Assembly (NCBI GenBank): GCA_000004985.1 | Contig: GG738918.1 | Length of the DNA: 64,000 nucleotides | Direction: 5' to 3' (one strand) | Source of the DNA: Naegleria gruberi | Lineage: Eukaryota | Shown here: positions 22,536-32,690 of the stretch, one piece after another | Position numbering within the stretch: the stretch's first letter is position 1 | Layout of the letters: each line of letters opens with the position of its first letter | The notes under the pieces: generated by a model | Database searches by the model: none | The model's input: the letters and a program-made list of their open reading frames with translations, nothing else | What the model was told of the DNA's origin: nothing | Program-made: the position numbers and the translations under genes

Positions 22536-22608
22536 GCCCCGCTAGCTCAGTCGGTAGAGCGTTGGACTTTTAATCCAACGGTCGTGGGTTCGAGCCCCAC
22601 GTGGGGCG
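22536..22608 (+). tRNA. tRNA-Lys (anticodon UUU)
   Basis: GCCCCGCTAGCTCAGTCGGTAGAGCGTTGGACTTTTAATCCAACGGTCGTGGGTTCGAGCCCCACGTGGGGCG folds as a cloverleaf. It has a 7-bp acceptor stem, the D-loop AGTCGGTA, the anticodon loop CTTTTAA, and GGTTCGAGCC as the T-arm. Confidence 0.9.
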
Positions 22609-23002
22609 GTTGCTTTTATCTTTTGCTCAGATTATTTGCTGTTACGCTGTTTTTGCTTTTTTTTTAAGAACCTCTGAGATATTTAAGTTGGGGTAGTGTA
22701 AACCGGTCTTGAAATGGAAGCTCATTATTGTAAACATGGTGAGATAATGAAAGCCATTATAATTGGTCATACTCGTTGATAAATTAATATCTTCAAATGT
22801 GCAAACTACTAAAAGGAGAAATTTCAAAAATCTTTCAACGTATTAACAGGACATCTATACCCTCCAATAGACCCATTTCCCCACCCTATTATCCTGTTAT
22901 TCAGATGAGTTTTCAAGATCTTTAATTTGAGACTTGCATTTTGGTGAAGGTATAAAAAGAATAGAATTGGAGTATCTAGTGGAAAGTATTATTGAAAGAA
23001 AA

Positions 23003-23845
23003 ATGATTGAATTCATTCTTGCTGTTGGTGTTGGTGCCTTGTTGTGTTTGGCTTTTGTTTATTTAAGACAACACAACAAGAATAACAAGTTGAAAGCAGA
23101 CGAAAGTCCATGTCCTTTCCACAATATTCAAAAATACTCGTTATTCACTCCTCATCATTTTAAAGTTGAAAGAGATGAAGATTCCATTCAACTAATGAAA
23201 GACAACTCATTTGGCATTCTTCTCACTTGGAAAGGATCTGAATTACACACCTCTCATGTTCCATTCTTGATGGACGAAACGAATCCAAATTCTCTCAAGC
23301 TGCACTTCCATTTAGCCAAGCAAAATCCTCATTGCAAGGCATTGGAAGAATTTGCCAAATCTCCAACTGCCAACGGATGGAATTGTAAGATTATCTTTGT
23401 TGGACCTCATTTCTACATTTCACCAAAATGGTTTTTGGGTGGATTGGAAGGTCAAAAGAAGAAAGTTCCAACATGGAATTTCACAACAGTTCATGCTCAT
23501 TGTGATTCCTGCCAAGTTTACAATTCACATGATGAAAAGAACAAGATTGTCAGTGATTTGACAGTTTTTAATGAGGATTGGTTGATGGAACATTTCAGAA
23601 ATCCAGTAAAGGAATTGGATGATTACAAGTACGATTTCTCAAAGACTGATGAGAAGTATACTGAGCAAATGTTGAAGGCAATTGTTGGATTCACTCTCAA
23701 TGTTAAGGAATTGAAGGGAAAGTTCAAACTCTCTCAAAATTTGTCAAAGGAAGAAAGAATTTCAATTATCGATGGATTGAATAGACAAGGTTATGATTTA
23801 GCCATTGATGCAGGAGTCCATATGAACAGAACTATCAATGAATAA
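23003..23845 (+). CDS. PaiB-like protein (FMN-binding split-barrel, 'transcriptional regulator PAI-2' family) with an N-terminal TM anchor
   Basis: The ATG at 23003 opens MIEFILAVGVGALLCLAFVYL, a TM helix. The family motifs are HVPF...HLAKQNP...IIFVGPHFYISPKWF...VPTWNFTTVHAHC...IVGFTLNVKELKGKFKLSQN. The track start at 22934 is a TTG codon. Confidence 0.6.
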   Translation: MIEFILAVGVGALLCLAFVYLRQHNKNNKLKADESPCPFHNIQKYSLFTPHHFKVERDEDSIQLMKDNSFGILLTWKGSELHTSHVPFLMDETNPNSLKLHFHLAKQNPHCKALEEFAKSPTANGWNCKIIFVGPHFYISPKWFLGGLEGQKKKVPTWNFTTVHAHCDSCQVYNSHDEKNKIVSDLTVFNEDWLMEHFRNPVKELDDYKYDFSKTDEKYTEQMLKAIVGFTLNVKELKGKFKLSQNLSKEERISIIDGLNRQGYDLAIDAGVHMNRTINE

Positions 23846-23885
23846 GAAATGAGCTGAAGAAACAAAATAGGATAAATAAATTAAT

Positions 23886-26529
23886 TTACTTGGAAGGTGC
23901 AAACTTTTCACACCTGGCAATCATCTCCTCCACAGCTCTATCATTTTCATTCTTTATTTGGAATTGACGATATCTATCAATGGCTGATTCATATTCACCT
24001 TGAATATAATAAGATGAAGCTTGATTGTAAACATTCCATCTTTCCTTTCGTTCTTTCTCTTGCAATTCATACATCCATTCATCCATCATATTATTTGCAA
24101 TGTTTTCTCCCAATTCATAGATTCTCATCTCTTCGTACTCATTATTTCCGTTAATATCGCTCAGTATTGGTGAAGTGTAGACTTCCTCATGAAGAAGTGA
24201 CTTTTCATCCACCAATCTGGTATTGAAAGAGCCCTTAATTGCCTTTTGGAGTCTTTCTGTAATAACTACCGAGAGACCAAGCCTCTTGGTTGTTTCCAAC
24301 ATGATTTCAAAGTTGGTTCTGGCACTTGAAATGATAGCAAAGTTTTTCATTTCATTTGTTCCAATATTACCACAACAAACTTCATTGTAAAGGATTGCGA
24401 ATCTAAAGTTCAAAAGACTCATAATTTCCTTAGTTTGATGGGAAGATCCTAATACGCTTGGCCATTTGCCTTGTTTGGTTGTATTCAACTTTTCTATAAG
24501 GAATAGACAACCCTGAGCTGCCTTTTCTTGGTGTTTATCTTGGTTGGAGCTGGCATTGTAAGAAATGGTAATGCAATCGTTTTCAAAGGCACCAACATGT
24601 CCTCCAGATGTTCTACACAAAGCATTCACGTGGTCAAAGACATCAGACAACATCCTTACAATAATATCCGATCCAATGGTTGTGTCTGACATTTTCAATA
24701 ATTCTGATAATCCCTCCAAGTGACAACACAAAATGGTAATCTTCTTCTTGACCAAGTGCAATGAGAACATATCAACATTTTGAGAGTATTTCTTTCTTCT
24801 AGAGGAGGTATTTTTCATGCTACTTGTGTTATGTGAATGGGAATGATAGGAGCTCGAATGATCACTCTTACTGAATGAAAAGTGGCTGCTCTGTTGTTTT
24901 TCTCCAAATCCTCTATTGCTCTTGTCAGGTCTTATTGTGGAAACAGACTTTTGCTTATCACCTGGCTCCAAAGCGTTCTCATTTCTGTGCTCTAATTGTG
25001 AAAGTAAGTGGGCTGGAATGAAAGCTCTGTAAAGTTTTATACGTCCAACCATTTGTGTGAATTGACCTTGCAAGTGTTTCACCTCGGTAAAGCTACTGCT
25101 TAAAATATTCAAATCATCCAAGTCCATGTGGGCAACACTTTCAAAGAGTTCAATTAAATTGTAGAATGGTTTGACAATTTTTATAGAGACAAGAACAGAG
25201 ACTATCAAACCAATACCCATAATGATAATTGCACCACCAACAGAGGCGATGAATGAAATGATAATCGATCTGATATAATTCCACTTTGGAACAGCAAATA
25301 TAACTGTGAAAAAATATTAGAAATTGAAGTCAATATCAAAAACTTACTCATCCAATCCAACTTGGATTCTGTACAAAGACGATACATTGACACGTAATCA
25401 TCATTAAAATCGAATAAAGCTCTAGAGTTACATTTTGGAATAACAGTCTTGAGATTGGTCATTCCTCTGGCCACCATTTCGGTGGTGATTGGGCTGAATC
25501 TAGGATTTGTTAATTGGAGGTATTCAACTCTTTTGATATTACTTCCTTCAATGTCAGCTAAACTCACTGCTGGGTCATCAACTGAAATTGTTTAAATAAT
25601 TAAGCAAACTATTATGATAACATACTGGCAACTAAAAAGGAAGTGTCTATTTCTACAATAAAACTCTTAGAACCGCTCACTTCCTTGGTTTTCTTAGATA
25701 AGAATTTGGACACTGTTTCAACAGACAAGTCAAAACCAAAATAGTGTTCAAATTGGTGTCCACCATTTACAGGACCACTAGGTTTCAAGCAATTAAGCAA
25801 TGAAATGAAAGTAAATTGAGGCATAGTGGCATCAATATAGCTCTTTGTATAAATCTGAGCACCTGGGGATGAATCACAAGCTTCTACCAAGTTTGACAAA
25901 TCAAAAAAGCCCAAAACTTCATCTGGAGTGGAAGATCTATTACAATAATCCAATTGATCAAAATTATGGCAAGTATACAGCTGTTGGTTCGCTGTTGTAA
26001 TGTTCAGTAATGTTGGTTGTCCTCCCCAATTTATAACACCAAAACATCTTCCCAAATTATCACCAATATAACTCGTAACAATCAACCCCTGATGGTATTT
26101 CCACTCTGTCTTGAACCCCTGAAAAGTGAGCAATTCTGCCTCATCATAATTATTAAAATCCAATGTTTTTACCAATTGATACGTTATACTATCGGATGCT
26201 ATGGATACTTCTCGAAATGTTTGTTCTGTAAATGTTATAATTTCCTTAAATTCGGATGTTCTTAGATTCTGACTCATCTCTACAATGGACGGAACAAAAC
26301 TACTCAATGAAATAGCCACCAGTAACAGAACTGTAATGGTTACTATCAGGGAAATAATAAGGATGAGCCAAAATTTGATGGAACCACAAAATCTAATCTT
26401 TTTAGAAATATCTCCTTCCGATTCTTGATAACTCTCTTCATCATCTTGATGCTGTTGGGCCTCTGGATGATTTGGAGTGTGTAATTCTGAATCCTGAGGA
26501 ACTACCTTACTAATTTTGAATGAGGACAT
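23886..26529 (-). CDS. ACG-like sensor adenylyl cyclase. Domain order: TM, extracellular domain, TM, then a class III cyclase catalytic domain and a C-terminal TPR-like tail
   Basis: Three exons, about 25625..26529, 25348..25580 and 23886..25303, separated by two 44-nt introns (GTATGT...AG and GTAAGT...AG). TM1 is FWLILIISLIVTITVLLLVAISL. TM2 is IASVGGAIIIMGIGLIVSVLVSI. Cyclase motifs are ITILCCHLEGLSEL...GGHVGAFENDCITISYNA...FRFAILYNEVCCGNIGTNE. The total of about 860 aa is close to Dictyostelium ACG at 858 aa. Confidence 0.65.
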
Positions 26530-27006
26530 TCTCTCTATATATTTGTTATTTGTTCTTTGTTCTTTGTTATTATTAACAATATGGTGTTATAGCAATTTCT
26601 ACTATTAAGCAGCTAATTATTGTTGCTATTTGCTAAAATATAATTATTAACAGAGAGGGTGAAGAAAATATCTTTACACGCACAGATGAGTTCGTTCTCT
26701 CGAGTTGTGTTGGTTGTGTGCGCTGGTGGGGTATTTTTTTCAAAAACTGTTGACAACCGTTGTTGAATGTGTGAATTGGCTTGACCTTAATTACTGTAGG
26801 TTGTGCACAACCAAAATAAGGCCTCCATGAGCAGTTACAAAGGAGGAAACAAACTATTAAGGGTCTGTCTGGTATGGAACGTCCAAATGACGCGACTATT
26901 AAGGTCTCGAAGGAGGGAGAATACAAATTTAGCCGAGCATCATATTGTAAGAATCCACAATATTCTAAGGATGCACCTTAGCCGTATGGGTAAAATTATA
27001 TGGGTT

Positions 27007-27894
27007 TTAATGTTGATCATCCTCTTCTAGAGCTTTTTCTAATAATTCTTGTTCAAATTCTTCATCATCATGAGCATATAATGCCTCCCATTCGATGATT
27101 TGTTGATTCAGAGAAATGATTGGAAGTTCCAATTGAAGGGTCTCGAGTTGTCTATCTAAGGTGTTTAATTTCTTTGGATTGGTATGATCAATCAAGTTCA
27201 TTAAATCAAATCTTAATTCATCTGTCACTTGATTGGAATCATCTGCTTTGACAATCAAATTGATTTTAGAAATGAGAAGATTAACTAGCTTTTCTTCCAT
27301 ATTCTCATAGAGTGGAACGAACATGGTAAGGAGTTTCAAGTTGGTTGGACTAGGTGGTTTGAACAAGCTCTCTATTATGATGGCTCCAATTTTGGAAGAA
27401 ATCAAATCATTGGAAAGTAACTTGGCAATGAATTTGATATTATTTGATCTCTTTCTCATATATTCAAATTTTTGAAGTTTCACATCCTTTCCTTCATCAA
27501 TGACCAACTCTTCCTTAAATCCGATCTGGCACTTGGTCAAGAGCTTTTTCTTCAATGCAATTATAACATTTTCATTCAAATTTCCAACATTTTCCTTCAA
27601 TTGTTCTTTCATTAAATTTCCCATCGTATTGTACAATCCTCTCTCAACAGCATGCGAATAGATCATATCGACCCATTCCGATTGCATTCTCTCACTTCCA
27701 TCAAATTGATTAAAATTCTTAAAAAGGGCACTTCTCATCGATTCATAATTTTGGGCAGTCGGAAGAGTACTCGATTTATCAAAGCAAGAAACAAGTCGAG
27801 ACATGAGAAAGGAAATATACCCTATTTTCTGATCAATTAATTCATCACCAGGTGATGACAATGATGTGGAACTGCTTGATTGTTGTTCTGACAT
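27007..27894 (-). CDS. Hypothetical acidic helical protein (possibly MIF4G-like)
   Basis: 295-aa ORF, all-helical by composition (FIAKLLSNDLISSKIGAIIIESLF), with an acidic C-terminus. No catalytic motif is recognisable. Confidence 0.4.
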   Translation of the reverse strand: MSEQQSSSSTSLSSPGDELIDQKIGYISFLMSRLVSCFDKSSTLPTAQNYESMRSALFKNFNQFDGSERMQSEWVDMIYSHAVERGLYNTMGNLMKEQLKENVGNLNENVIIALKKKLLTKCQIGFKEELVIDEGKDVKLQKFEYMRKRSNNIKFIAKLLSNDLISSKIGAIIIESLFKPPSPTNLKLLTMFVPLYENMEEKLVNLLISKINLIVKADDSNQVTDELRFDLMNLIDHTNPKKLNTLDRQLETLQLELPIISLNQQIIEWEALYAHDDEEFEQELLEKALEEDDQH

Positions 27895-27960
27895 TTTTTT
27901 TTGATGACAAGTTTTTCAAAACATACTTTTTCCGCTTAATCTAAAAATAAGTTTAAAAAA

Positions 27961-28173
27961 ATGCTTTTTAAAAATCGTAATTTTGTTGTTTCGCTTACCA
28001 ACAAATGCACAGAGGAAGAAATTATTCATTTAATAACAAGTAATGGTGGAAAGGTGAAAGGTGATCCTAACGAAGCCATCTTAATAGTTGATGTGAATAA
28101 AAGGGATGGTAAAAGTGTGGATTATCAATACATTACAACTTGTTTGAAACGAAAGGAAGTGTTAGTTTTTTAA
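27961..28173 (+). CDS. Small ORF with a BRCT-like sequence pattern. It may be a 5' exon of the downstream gene or a separate small gene
   Basis: MLFKNRNFVVSLTNKCTEEEIIHLITSNGGKVKGDPNEAILIVDVNKRDGKSVDYQYITTCLKRKEVLVF resembles the BRCT pattern (F..F.lsg......l...i...GG.v......ilIv.......k......W...cl). No clean splice connects it to the ORF at 28238. Confidence 0.25.
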   Translation: MLFKNRNFVVSLTNKCTEEEIIHLITSNGGKVKGDPNEAILIVDVNKRDGKSVDYQYITTCLKRKEVLVF

Positions 28174-28237
28174 ATAATCATATTAATCAAATATATTCCA
28201 TCGTTTCCTTAGGCTGAATCCAATAGAATATCAAGCA

Positions 28238-30190
28238 ATGGTAAGACTGTCAACATATGCATTCAGGGATTGGACAATACAAGAAACTTGTTCTGCTCTT
28301 GTTTACAAAGCAGGGTTTAGTTTGAAGGAAGCAACCGAGTACTATCTCCATAGTTTTAGTGGCAGAGGATTGGAAGTGTTGTTGCGAACTGGTAACAAAC
28401 TTTCTTTTATGGGACCCAATTCTGTTGCTCTCTTGGAATATTGGGTTGAGAATGATTTGCTTCCATGTTCCTACTTGTATTGGACAAAAGCAAAGACCAG
28501 AGAAATGTTAACAAAATCAAAGAATGATGGAGGAATGGGTTTAAGCGAGGATGTTGCACAAAACTTTTATAACCTAGATGGGAAAGCAATAGAGTCTCTA
28601 ATTAGTCATTCCTTTTGTCAAAACAATTGTTTGATAGATTTAGAACTGTATGAATCTTTGAAGAGTTGGATATTTTCATTGAGAGAAACAGAGCTACTTG
28701 TTCCCTTAATAGGTTTCAATTTGATGAATATCTCCATCACTATGCCAGTTTTCGATAATTCAATGCCTTATCAAAATAACAAGAAATGTGTTCAGAATAT
28801 GGCTGTTGAATTTTTACACAATCTCAACACAGAAGAAATTAGATGTAAATCTCTGGTTTGTAATTTTTCCCATTTTGGATTTGGTAAGACAAGATTTGGT
28901 GTTCAATTTCTAAAGTTACTACGAAATGCAATCTCTGACGAATCTGTGTACATTGATGGTAAATCTTTCTCACAATATTTAATGGATCAGTTTAGTACTG
29001 ATCAAATTCACAGTTTGCTAAATGCAAAAATGGTTTATATTAATTTTGTTGAAATAACTGAAAATGTCACATTTGACATAATTCTCAGTTCTTGTATTGT
29101 AAATACATTGAAAGTACCTCCTCCAAATGATTCGAAACCATTTGAGGAGTGGATAGCCTCACTTGGCCCAATTTATATTATCTTGGACGAATTCCAAATA
29201 TTTCTTAAACAGACTGCAATAGATCAAAATACCGTTAAAAGTTACCATATAATATGGAATTCTAGCTTAGTCAAGTTACAGAAGCTTTCTAATGTGTTTT
29301 TGTACATTTGTGGGAAAGGTTTATTGTTTGATCTGATTGAAAAAGGACAGTTTAGAGAAGAGTCAAGTTACAGAAGCCCAACTGCTGTTTATTCTGTCAA
29401 TTTGTCCTCTCTTGACATTGGTGACATTAAAACAATAATGACACATTTTCAGCATTTTAAATCACTTCCTGATGAAGTTACAACAAAACTTGCCAATCAT
29501 GTTCATGAAATGACAGGAGGTGTTCCAATCCTTGTACATTATGCGTTTATGTATTCAAATCCTGACATTCAAGCCTCATTTGAAGGAATTAAACAAACTT
29601 TGGACAACAACATATCACACGCACCCCCACAAACCATTAAGCCATACGGCAATGCTAACTTTTCCCGAATTTTGAAAGATATGTACAAAGTATTGGTTTG
29701 GGCAAGTATATTGAAGAAAACTTTTTCAACAAAGGATTCAATTACTGTTTCAGAGATTCCTGAATTTAGTGGACTAGAAAATATTAGCATACTCCATCTA
29801 TCCATCTTTTGTAATTGTTACGTGGAAGAGGTAGCTGACCAAAAAGGAAGGTTTCAGTTCGTGTTTCCTAAATGTATCATTGATAGCTATATTGAGGATA
29901 ATGACTTGGACATTTCACATATTTATCAAATTTCTAAACAGTATCCATTTCTTGTTAGTAATGATCATATATTGGAGTATCTTACAGATTTCTACCTAGT
30001 TATTCCATCAAAAAGTGATCTTACCGAGTGTATTGGTCCATTGAATGCAATGATATTAAAAAAGTTGCCAGATTGGAAAAATCAAGATATTAATCTGAAA
30101 GACATTATGGACGTGGTAGTTAAGGGATGGAATGTAATCGAATCAAAGGAAACGATTGAACCCAAAAAAAAGAAATCCAAAAAGAAGTAA
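28238..30190 (+). CDS. Orphan P-loop NTPase (AAA/STAND-like)
   Basis: 650 aa. A Walker-A-like motif FSHFGFGKTRFG is followed by the Walker-B-like hhhhDE motif GPIYIILDEFQIF. The C-terminal half is long and helical, and the protein ends with a KKKKSKKK tail. Confidence 0.45.
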   Translation: MVRLSTYAFRDWTIQETCSALVYKAGFSLKEATEYYLHSFSGRGLEVLLRTGNKLSFMGPNSVALLEYWVENDLLPCSYLYWTKAKTREMLTKSKNDGGMGLSEDVAQNFYNLDGKAIESLISHSFCQNNCLIDLELYESLKSWIFSLRETELLVPLIGFNLMNISITMPVFDNSMPYQNNKKCVQNMAVEFLHNLNTEEIRCKSLVCNFSHFGFGKTRFGVQFLKLLRNAISDESVYIDGKSFSQYLMDQFSTDQIHSLLNAKMVYINFVEITENVTFDIILSSCIVNTLKVPPPNDSKPFEEWIASLGPIYIILDEFQIFLKQTAIDQNTVKSYHIIWNSSLVKLQKLSNVFLYICGKGLLFDLIEKGQFREESSYRSPTAVYSVNLSSLDIGDIKTIMTHFQHFKSLPDEVTTKLANHVHEMTGGVPILVHYAFMYSNPDIQASFEGIKQTLDNNISHAPPQTIKPYGNANFSRILKDMYKVLVWASILKKTFSTKDSITVSEIPEFSGLENISILHLSIFCNCYVEEVADQKGRFQFVFPKCIIDSYIEDNDLDISHIYQISKQYPFLVSNDHILEYLTDFYLVIPSKSDLTECIGPLNAMILKKLPDWKNQDINLKDIMDVVVKGWNVIESKETIEPKKKKSKKK

Positions 30191-30538
30191 AACATTGAGG
30201 ACTATTTCATTTCTCATTGGTAGAAACGATTCTTCACTTTGCAACATTGCATTAGAAGAGATGTCACAATTGACTAGAGTTAATTTTGACCATTTAAGGT
30301 TTAATTTAATACAAATAATATTTATTTTGTAGTAAACCTTAGGAAGAGTGATTGTACAAAAAGTTCAAAAACAACACTCCTTTTTCTATTTGCTTCGAGT
30401 TGAATTGCTCTAACAAATTTCACCACTCTGAAAAATCATCATCACAAAATTAAAATAATTTGATGATGAAATTTTCGGAATGTAAAATTTCAATTCCCTC
30501 TCTTCACTCTTCCTCTATCTCATCACAGCAATGATGAT

Positions 30539-30799
30539 TTACTTGAGAGACTTTCTTTCAGCGATCAATGCAGCTTGGGCCTTTCTTTGAGCCTTCACTT
30601 GTTCTTGCATTTCAACACTGTTCACCTTATTCATTGGATTGGAAATTGATGAGGCAACAAATCTCTTATTGGAGATTAATCTCATCTTGGAACGACCAGT
30701 CTTTTCCTTTCCAAGCAAGTGCTTATCAGTTACGTTAGCAGCTGGAGTTTGATGCTTAACTTTTCCTGCTCTAGTCAATGATCCGTGAGTCTTGGCCAT
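30539..30799 (-). CDS. rps30: 40S ribosomal protein eS30 (RPS30), with a C-terminal extension
   Basis: MAKTHGSLTRAGKVKHQTPAANVTDKHLLGKEKTGRSKMRLISNKRFV matches eS30 KVHGSLARAGKVRGQTPKV...KKKTGRAKRR..YNRRFV. Confidence 0.7.
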   Translation of the reverse strand: MAKTHGSLTRAGKVKHQTPAANVTDKHLLGKEKTGRSKMRLISNKRFVASSISNPMNKVNSVEMQEQVKAQRKAQAALIAERKSLK

Positions 30800-31030
30800 T
30801 TTGTTGTTGATTTCAATTATTATTCTAACTTCAGTTCTTGATTTTTTTGTTTTTTATTTTTAGAATTGGAAATTGCAAAATTTATAACAATTTTTAAAGT
30901 GTTAAATTGTGAGATTGAGATGGAAAAGTTGCTTTTTCAATCTTGATATCAATTATGAAATGAAACTGTATTTAAATGAGATAGATTTTGTCAGAGGTAA
31001 TTACAACGACTGTAACATTTCAATATTTAT

Positions 31031-32008
31031 TTAATACAAGTCAACTTGAACAGTTCTCAAATAAAATTCAGCAACAATTCCAAACACAAAAGGACCACTT
31101 TTGGTTTGCTTGAATACAGCAGTAATGTATTGATTATCTGTTCCTCTCACAACCAAATTTGCATTATTTGGATTGAGATTAACAATAAATGGATTGGAAG
31201 AGTACAAAATGTCAACAGGTTGATTATTATTACCAAGTGAAGGATCATTTAACAATCTGACCTTGACACCAATGGTTGTACCTTCTGGAACATTATCCTT
31301 TTTGAAAGTCATCCAATTTTGGAAAATGAAAGGATGATACATTTCAAAGTGGCCACTGTTAATATCATTAACATATGGATAAGAAAGGAAACTCTTTGCA
31401 TAGTATTTGAGTCTGAATTGAGAAGAAGGAGCTTGCAAATTAAAGTAAATGATGAATTGACTTCCAATGGATTGAGGTAATGAAAGAGTTGCATTCAATC
31501 CATTTCCAAAGAATTCATAATTTGCAGCAGATGGTGATCCCGTCTTTGTACTGGCATAAAGCAACAATTGTGAGTCCATATCTGGTCCATTAAATGTTAT
31601 TTGTAGAGTGTAATTCAAATTAGTGGAATAGGGCATGGAAAGTGTCGTGTAAACAAAAGTTGACTTGGAAACAATGAATGGAGTTGGAGAACCATATCTA
31701 TCGGTGAATATTTCAATGGCATCACTTGGAGTTCCCTTCAATAAACACAAAATACGTGCAGAATTGGATCTGCCAGAATCACATGTATTACAAGTGGATT
31801 GACCTTGTTGTGGAGCAATGGCTCCATCTTGACAAACATAACTATGGTCATCACCTGGACAATAGGTGCCATAGTCACAAACATGACATATTTGTTCAAT
31901 GTTTTGAGTTGCAAAATAACCTTTTGGACAAACGCTACAGTTGACCACATGTGAACATGCAGCAACAATAAGAATTAATAGCAAGAGAGGAAAGAGTTTG
32001 TGCATTTT
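31031..32008 (-). CDS. Secreted protein with an N-terminal Cys-rich module followed by a beta-rich domain
   Basis: The signal peptide is MHKLFPLLLLILIVAACSHVVNC. After it come CPKGYFATQNIEQICHVCDYGTYCPGDDHSYVCQDG...CNTCDSG, a TNFR/EGF-like Cys spacing. The rest is Ser/Thr/Asn-rich with NxT/S glycosylation sites. Confidence 0.5.
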   Translation of the reverse strand, partial: KMHKLFPLLLLILIVAACSHVVNCSVCPKGYFATQNIEQICHVCDYGTYCPGDDHSYVCQDGAIAPQQGQSTCNTCDSGRSNSARILCLLKGTPSDAIEIFTDRYGSPTPFIVSKSTFVYTTLSMPYSTNLNYTLQITFNGPDMDSQLLLYASTKTGSPSAANYEFFGNGLNATLSLPQSIGSQFIIYFNLQAPSSQFRLKYYAKSFLSYPYVNDINSGHFEMYHPFIFQNWMTFKKDNVPEGTTIGVKVRLLNDPSLGNNNQPVDILYSSNPFIVNLNPNNANLVVRGTDNQYITAVFKQTKSGPFVFGIVAEFYLRTVQVDLY

Positions 32009-32690
32009 TTTGTTATTCGAATCCTCCACAACAGGTTAGTTATCAATCTCCATTTATATTTGTTTGGAATGTTTTGCGGGGTTGGGAAAAATGTAATAAT
32101 TTTTGCATGTTTCCAGGAACTTGTGGGGATTAACATTAATGGAAGACGAAACTCCTGAATCGTGAATTAAAGCATTGAAATTAACAACATTTTAAATGCA
32201 TTATAATCTTCTTGTTAAGAATGAAAAATTGTAATTAACATACTGTTACTACACCCCCAAGTGTTTGAGAACTGACTTTAGTATATATTGGTTTCAATGT
32301 TTTTATTTCTTTTCATATTACTGTACCATCTTCCAACAGCAACTTGTGATTTCCTAGTTGTCCTCCTTATTTCTTTTTGTTTCTTTTCATAATGATGCAA
32401 ACAATCAACATAAAACATAAACTCCAACACAAGGACTGAAATTAATGCAATGGCAAAGGTCAAATTGAGAAACAGGAATGGTTTCCTTAATAAAAACAAG
32501 CGAAAAGTCAATTCATGAATTGGTAGTAATCAAATTGGTGCTGAAGGAGTTAATTGATCATTATTATAACATCACTACAGGAGTAGACCATAGATTAGTT
32601 TGTTTCGTGCATCAAACCTTTGGAAATGTGAACTCATGAACTTTGTTATCCTTATACTCTGAGAAAATTACAAAATAATATTAAAAAAAA

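Noticed and set aside
22536-22608. Checked about 100 bp on either side of the tRNA-Lys and tRNA-Tyr (42723..42806) genes for tRNA-targeted retrotransposon (TRE5/TRE3/DGLT-A-like) insertions.
   Set aside because: No reverse-transcriptase, integrase, gag-like ORFs or LTR-like terminal repeats are visible anywhere in the window. The flanks are ordinary AT-rich intergenic DNA.
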